DNA from: Barthelona sp. PAP020
Taxonomy: Eukaryota
NCBI GenBank assembly: GCA_040182905.1
Contig: JARQWU010000052.1
Location: forward strand, 1 to 47,747
Reading direction: 5' to 3'
DNA length: 47,747 nt
Shown: one piece after another, positions 41,642 through 47,747 of the stretch
Numbering within the stretch: position 1 is the first letter of the stretch
Layout of the letters: each line of letters begins with the position of its first letter
Translations under genes and position numbers: made by a program
The notes under the pieces: model-generated
The model's database searches: none
What the model saw: the letters and a program-made list of their open reading frames with translations, nothing else
Told to the model about the DNA's origin: nothing

Positions 41642-42367
41642 CTACACACAAGTTAAACAAAGTGCAATGACATTAAGTACACAAATTAAATGAAATGCAA
41701 TTGTTGCCGGTTTTTTCATGGATGAACTGGAGGTTTCGTGCAAGACTCTAAAAATGAAATAATAAGAAACTGCACAACAATAAATCAAAACAACCTTATT
41801 CAAAATAAATGAAATATTACTTCGAAATAGAAAACTGTTTATTATCCTAAAACCTCGATATATTGAAGGGAATATCAAACGATAATTCAACAGAGCGAAT
41901 AGATCCAATACAGTAAAAGGAATGCTGAAGACATAGAGAATAAGTTTTGAAAATATGATTTGAATCACGGCATATAAGAGGAAAAACGAACTAATTTTCC
42001 CAAAATCCATAGAAAACGAACTGGAAGGTGAATTTAAAGCGACTTCCAAAGAAGCTAAAATAACAGTTGCAACATGAAATATTAAAGGTATATATAGATC
42101 GGGAGCATGTATATCATCCTTTGGCGGTTTATAGCCTGATTTATCATGTTGTGAAGAGACATTTGTTTTGGTTCTTCGCCAATTTTTTACAAGAAAAGGA
42201 AATAATAATATCTTTGATTTATTAATCAAATATGTATCATTAATATCAAAATAATAATGCAAAGTACGGAATCTCTGAAAAAATCCACTCATTCCATTAA
42301 TTAATTTCGATCCAATCGAGTGAGTTGCTACATTTGATAATGGATCTGTTAAAGAAAATACATCCAT
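41642..42367 (-). CDS. YIF1: ER-Golgi transport protein YIF1
   Basis: YYFDINDTYLINKSKILLFPF, W.R, PPKDDIHAPDLYIP, TM helices. Confidence 0.92.
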   Translation of the reverse strand: MDVFSLTDPLSNVATHSIGSKLINGMSGFFQRFRTLHYYFDINDTYLINKSKILLFPFLVKNWRRTKTNVSSQHDKSGYKPPKDDIHAPDLYIPLIFHVATVILASLEVALNSPSSSFSMDFGKISSFFLLYAVIQIIFSKLILYVFSIPFTVLDLFALLNYRLIFPSIYRGFRIINSFLFRSNISFILNKVVLIYCCAVSYYFIFRVLHETSSSSMKKPATIAFHLICVLNVIALCLTCV

Positions 42368-42452
42368 ATCGATTAATCAAACAAAACAGAAAAAAAAATA
42401 TGAAAACAAAAAAAAACCATGACTTCATTTTTAATTTTTAACATTTATTTAG

Positions 42453-42791
42453 ATGAAAGCAGAAGATGTTTTAGCTGAACAACAAATGGCAAATGAAACC
42501 ATTAAAATGATGGTTAATCAAATTTCAAATTCATTATTAATAGGTTATGGTAATGGTATCACTCAAAACACTTCAATTCAAGCAAATTTACCAGATTCAT
42601 GTTTTGAATATACTGTTTTATCTGACGTAAAAAACACTTTTACAGAAGAAAGCATTGCAGATATGAAAAAACGATGTGATAATTTATATGAATCATTATT
42701 ACATGCAAAACCTTTTGGACCTTATCATAATTATAGTCAATCAAAAGATTTCAACAATGAATTTCACATTGATATGTTTACCAAAAAATGA
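42453..42791 (+). CDS. Hypothetical protein
   Basis: 112-aa ATG ORF divergent from YIF1 across 85 bp, the same layout as other host gene pairs. Confidence 0.6.
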   Translation: MKAEDVLAEQQMANETIKMMVNQISNSLLIGYGNGITQNTSIQANLPDSCFEYTVLSDVKNTFTEESIADMKKRCDNLYESLLHAKPFGPYHNYSQSKDFNNEFHIDMFTKK

Positions 42792-43095
42792 TATCATTTT
42801 AACAGCAATGACAAACAAGAAGCTCTTAAGAATTTTTAAATATGAATTGTTTGGATCATCAAAAAATTAAAGCATTGGTTTTCACCTCCAATTTTTAGTT
42901 TATTCAGCAGGCAAGTTTTTTTCTTTCTTTGGGTTGTCAATTCGTAGAGACAATGTTAAATCAACCATTGTAAGTGGTATTGTAAAAATGTAAAAACAGT
43001 ATTGAAAAGAACAACTTTTTTTTGAGGGATTTTCCACCATTTTGTTCGTTGACATCAACAAGATCCCAAACGTAATCAATAATTATCATATATTT

Positions 43096-43723
43096 CTAAA
43101 AATTTATTTTAAACATAGATTTCACATTCTTAAAAGCCTTTAAAATATGGTCTTCGTTTATAACTACACAATCTTTTTTTAATGCATATTGTGAGGCGCG
43201 TTTTATAATTCCCATCAATTCGGCGCCTGTATAATTTCGCGTGTTCGCGGCCAATTTTTCGATGTTAAAACATAGTTCCGATTCATTTAAATTTCGTTCA
43301 TAATTTTCAACAAATTTGGAAACATTTTTCAATTTCTATTTTTAAAATTAACAATGTTTCTAACAAAATCATTAATGTTAAATTTTGATGTAAACCATGC
43401 ATTATGGTTTTCGTCCGATAATCTCCATTCTTTAGGGACAAAATCATATCTATGATTCAGATGACCAGCCATAAACGATTGAACACAGTAACCACAATAA
43501 TTTTGTAAGAATGGGCAATGATATAAACATTTTGGTATGTTGATCAAACGCGTCTCTCTCGCTAAATACATCGCAAAAGTATCACCATAGGATTGGTAGT
43601 AATTGGATTATTATATATGAATTCTATCTTGTTACCAGAGTATTTGATGTCGTAACAATCTAATGCGTGCATATATCGTTTATGGCTTTGAAAGAATATT
43701 GTAAATTCCTCTAATGTTTCCAT
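43096..43723 (-). pseudogene. Frameshifted gene(s) ending in an isolated NSF/p97-type AAA+ lid domain
   Basis: ATG at 43723 (METLEEFTIFF), frameshift near 43605 into the frame of ORF 43329-43571. Then 43096-43332 IEKLAANTRNYTGAELMGIIKRASQYAL, with no Walker motifs. Confidence 0.55.
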
Positions 43724-43745
43724 TTAAATAGTTTTAATATTAAAA

Positions 43746-43755
43746 AATCATTTTT
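43746..43755 (-). promoter_or_regulatory. AAAAATGATT motif, candidate NCLDV-early-like promoter
   Basis: The A of TGA lies 25 nt upstream of ATG 43723, the same spacing as the copy at 45841-45850. Confidence 0.35.
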
Positions 43756-43770
43756 GCATCACAAGTATTT

Positions 43771-45818
43771 TTATAATAGAAACATCGCTGTTAATAATCT
43801 AGATATGTTTTGTAATCCGTGTTTACTGGTGAAATTAAATTCAATATTTTCTGTAAAATCAATCCAATCTACAGGTGATTCTATTTCTAATATTTTTTCT
43901 AAATTTTCGCACTCGAACGATATCGGTAATTTTTTTATATAACTTACTAATTTTTCTATTTCATCAAAGTCAATTTCCTTTTTAAATTCTTCCAATATCC
44001 ACCTTTTATCTTGTTCAATTAATTCTTCAACTTCATTTTTCAAGTCGTGGAAAAGATAATTATAATTTGCATCATCTTTTAAATTGTCATCATATTCAAT
44101 AAATGCACCGACTGTATCGCGCAGGTTATTGTCAAATATCGGTCTTCCGAAATCTATGGAAAACTTTTCTTTATTTTTTGAAAATGTTAGAATGTTTGGT
44201 TCGTGAATATTGGCCTCAAATCTGAGCAATTGAAAAAGGTCAGCATATAATAATGTGTGGAGATTTATATACTATATCTATATTAAATAGATTTACATTT
44301 TTATACTTTTCCATTGTACTAGTATTTTCAATCGTTACACTATACTTCGAAACAAATCTACCATCTTTACAAACTCTTTGAAAATTTCCATAATAATGAT
44401 AAATTCTTGTGTTTGGTTTTATTAATACATTTTCGTTCATTCTTTCTTTTACATAATTTTGATATTTTCCATCGATGATTGAATTATATTTTTTAATCAA
44501 TTCTGATTTTTTAAGTCTATTTTTAAGTAATTTTTTCAATTTAGAAAATACAAAATCCAGCAATGGAGATACATTTACGGTTAAAGATAATTCCAAAAGT
44601 TCCATCGCTCTATTATCTAATCGCTCCCTATAAACTTCACCATTTTCACTTTGCAAGCAATTGAGATATGATGATATAAATAATGGTATATGATTAAATC
44701 TTTTTGTGCCATGTAATACATCTAAAATAACTGTTATATTTTCCATTGGAATATGGAAAAACATTTGATTAAAATATTCTCGCAAATTTAATAATGGTGA
44801 AAAACCAGTTATATCTGACCTATTAGAAATATAAATTGCATATTTATAATAATATTTCGCGTCTTCAATGTCGATTTCTGGAATATAATCTTCGATCTGC
44901 GACATGCCAAATTGAGAACCTATAAATCCAACCATGTCTTTCACATTCGTATAAATTTCATTTAATCTATTTTGAATTTTTGAAAATTCAGTTAAACAAA
45001 TATTTAAAAGTTTGTGAATATCTTCATGAATTGCTTTTAATTTTTTCATTGTTTGTTTATGTCTCTGCGCACCAGCACTAGAACCTCCACAAAATAGAAA
45101 AATTCCACTAGTAACCATAGAAAGTACATTTCCAGTCATTAAAGCATCTGCGAATTCCATATTTCTAAAATCATTAATACAACCAAATAATTTGTCGGAA
45201 AAACCGACAAATTGCAAACATGTATTTTGATTCCGGGGAATTTATAACATTGGATAAACTATTTAATTTAGAAATTAAATTTCTAAATTGTCTGGATTTA
45301 TTTTCTATTTTTAAGTTGTTTTTCATTTCATTCAAAATTTTAATACATTCATTGGAATTATTTTGAGACATTAATAAATTTTCCAACCGTTTTATTTTGT
45401 TAGCGTTTTTGAAAATTTCTTCAGGGCTGGAGTTTGTATTATTTGTTTCCTCTAACTTTGTTAATCGTATCCCAACATCATTATAATTATCTTCAATATT
45501 GTCAACAAGTTTATTGATTAAAGTATTTTTATTCCCTTTGAAATGGGAATATCAACAGGTGAACCTTTCATACTCATCAAGATTTTTATTTGCAAAATGC
45601 TCACGTATTATTGATAAATCATTGGATGAATTTCTTATCTCTCGATCAATCTTTATATTTTCAAGTTCGATCATATCTAATTTTGCATTTTCATAATTTG
45701 TAACAATCGCTGAACCAACAAAAGGTACATAATTCGCCACACATTTGGCCGAGTTTTCAAATTGTTGATTAATTGTTGAATGATTTCTCATGTCTTCCAA
45801 TTGAATATTTTTATTCAT
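43771..45818 (-). pseudogene. Single gene of about 680 codons broken by one nonsense codon and two frameshifts; helical protein of unknown function
   Basis: ORF 45552-45818 reads through TGA in frame (55 open codons) into ORF 45174-45386. Frameshifts near 45220 and 44240 link to ORFs 44240-45217 and 43771-44229. Confidence 0.7.
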
Positions 45819-45840
45819 TTGATAATTTTTTATAATTATT

Positions 45841-45850
45841 AATCATTTTT
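45841..45850 (-). promoter_or_regulatory. AAAAATGATT motif, candidate NCLDV-early-like promoter
   Basis: The A of TGA lies 25 nt upstream of ATG 45818. Confidence 0.35.
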
Positions 45851-46240
45851 TAAAGCATAAAACATTATTAATTAAATATGAAAGCTAAATATATTTTTAT
45901 AAATGATCAAGTTAAAAAAAAATTAATTGTATTATCAAACAATATACAATTCATTATTATTTAATGAAAACACTCATCAATAATCATCAAACCAAATTCA
46001 TTTAAATATGGGGCACTATTTAATTCTTTTACACGCAATGTATTTTTAAGACCATAGCCAATTAAAAAAAAATTCATTGATTTCATTTTTATTGTCAATC
46101 AAATCAAAGCTGTGATGTGAATAAATAAGATGCCCTGTCATATTTATATTCATTAATTCCTCTCATTCAATTTGAATCAATTTTACAAAATGGAAGTCCC
46201 TTTTTCAAATTATTGAATTATTTAGTCCCCCTTCCCCCAT

Positions 46241-46272
46241 TCTCTCTCTCTCTCTGTCTCTCTCTCTCTCTC
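46241..46272. repeat. (TC)n microsatellite
   Basis: tctctctctctctctgtctctctctctctctc. Confidence 0.95.
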
Positions 46273-46607
46273 TTTTGTATGGTTGATTCTCACCTGTAAG
46301 ACAATTTTTAATGGACAGTTTTAGCATTTAATTACAATCCATAAACAACAATGGCTTTGTTTTTGCTTTTCAGTGTAATTGTTGAGCAATTCAATTTTCT
46401 CATATTTTGAACCATTTTTCAAAATAGTATATGTTTTATCATTCATATGCACTCTTTTGGCTGAGGATTTATCTTTCAATGAATTTTATATGTGTTCAAC
46501 GAATATTTAACAGCTGCTGTGTTATCTGCAACTAGGTTGAATTTTGCTGTGCTTCATATTTAATGCAATATTCTGCTGTTTGCATGATGCCAGGAACATT
46601 TCTCTCT

Positions 46608-46908
46608 TTTCATAAATTTAAAAGACTTTTATTTTTATGTTAACCCATTACGTTGGGTTTGGTATAGTTAGAAGTTTTTGATAACGAAGATTTTGGGATG
46701 TTCGACGCCTAAAAAAAAGAATGCGACCTAAAGGATTGAATTCAGGATTCTTGAAGCAAAGAATTGTTGTTGTTAACGTCATATCTATGTTTGAGGGTTT
46801 CTTTGACTTTTTTGAACTCTCCGAGAAATGCTTGTATCTTAACTACTGTCCTATATGTGGGTTATACACGTCTTCTTTTTGAAAATGTTTGTAAAATCTT
46901 TACATTTT
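46608..46908 (-). mobile_element. Second, partial copy of the tyrosine-recombinase relic, inverted relative to 32121-32437
   Basis: The reverse complement matches 32121-32437 over about 300 bp, e.g. caagaatcctgaatt.aatcctttaggtcgcat and aggcgtcgaacatcccaaaatcttcgt. Confidence 0.85.
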
Positions 46909-47580
46909 ATTTTATTTTTTGAGAACACTTGTGTTGAGCAAGAGATGGTAAATATGAACCTCAATTTTCCAAAGATTCAGTTTGTGTGGCTGCAACATTT
47001 TTCGTCTCCTTTTGTGTGCTGATTGTAGTTGCGTAGTTATCACTAGCTTTTTGTTACCATGTAACCCCACTCAAAATAGAACAAATAAACCCCATTCAAT
47101 TTTAGTATAAATACTTTGATTCAAATCAAAAACTCCATTGAAAGACAATGAAAATAAATATTTGTCTGTATTTCCAATATATTGGCAAAAGTAATGTCAG
47201 CTATCAGTTTTCTGCAAAGCAATATTTAGATTCCAAATGTTCTACTTCAACCAGTTAATGTCATTCACCAAACCATTACAATCTTGTTTCAATTCTTCTG
47301 TCTGTGGAACTGACTCTGAGATTATTTCAGAAGAATGCGTAATTTGTGAAAATAGTGATTTAGAGTTCTAATTTTTTGGTCAATAATATTTTAACACATT
47401 TATTTCGTTGAAAAAAAAAATTCTTTGATTTTTATTGTTTCAGAATGTTGCTGGGTTGAATAAATGAATGAAAAATAAGGTAAACAATTGTAAAAAGAGG
47501 AAAGATCTGTAACTCCAAAGATTTAAAAAGATAATATTCGACTGAATAAAGAAAGAGATTTAGTTGTTTTTTCATTTTTG

Positions 47581-47747
47581 ATGTGTAATGATTTAAAAGC
47601 CTACCAAAAGTCACTTTTAGATACTTTTAACGATTTTCGAAGGATTCCAGAATTCATTGAAAGTGTAGATTTTGATTTAATCTTTATGTCTCTTTCTGAA
47701 CATAATGTATCAATTTTAGATATTGCAAAAGAGCTTCAAATTGGATT
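47581..47747 (+). CDS. Possible 5' end of a CDS running off the window
   Basis: Open frame MCNDLKAYQKSLLDTFNDFRRIPEFIESVDFDLIFMSLSEHNVSILDIAKELQIG continues to the window edge. Confidence 0.4.
   Translation, partial: MCNDLKAYQKSLLDTFNDFRRIPEFIESVDFDLIFMSLSEHNVSILDIAKELQIG

Noticed and set aside
32121..46908. Inverted repeats as termini of one 14.8-kb transposon or Polinton
   Set aside because: The repeats are internal coding pieces of the recombinase relic, and the enclosed genes are ordinary housekeeping genes.
1..47747. tRNA, rRNA or snRNA genes
   Set aside because: None recognised by eye; a covariance-model search would be needed to exclude them.

Overview
AT-rich, gene-dense, nearly intron-free eukaryotic DNA in the standard code, probably from a flagellated protist (it has CFAP206). 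The species cannot be assigned from the sequence. Two housekeeping blocks (about 0.4-20.8 kb and 35.2-42.8 kb) encode an Arf-like GTPase with a 39-nt spliceosomal intron, GPAA1, a TORTIFOLIA1/SPIRAL2-like protein, CFAP206, an MGRN1-like RING ligase, CCDC22, a multi-pass membrane adenylyl cyclase with inverted catalytic-domain order, VPS25, a degenerate sirtuin, a TMX/PDI-like protein, TIPIN and YIF1. Between them (about 21-34 kb) is a gene-poorer, pseudogene-rich island. Its core is a divergently transcribed pair of paralogues. One is an MLKL-like four-helix-bundle + pseudokinase protein (HRN/GFE motifs). The other has the same N-terminal bundle, an intact kinase and about 27 internally conserved ankyrin repeats with variable surface positions. 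Decayed paralogues, a tyrosine-recombinase transposon relic and a WD40 gene surround the pair. I infer a candidate paired sensor/executioner, necroptosis-like defence locus. At 43.1-45.9 kb lies a pseudogenised, compositionally distinct insert, possibly of giant-virus origin. All homology calls are by-eye motif recognition; no searches were run.
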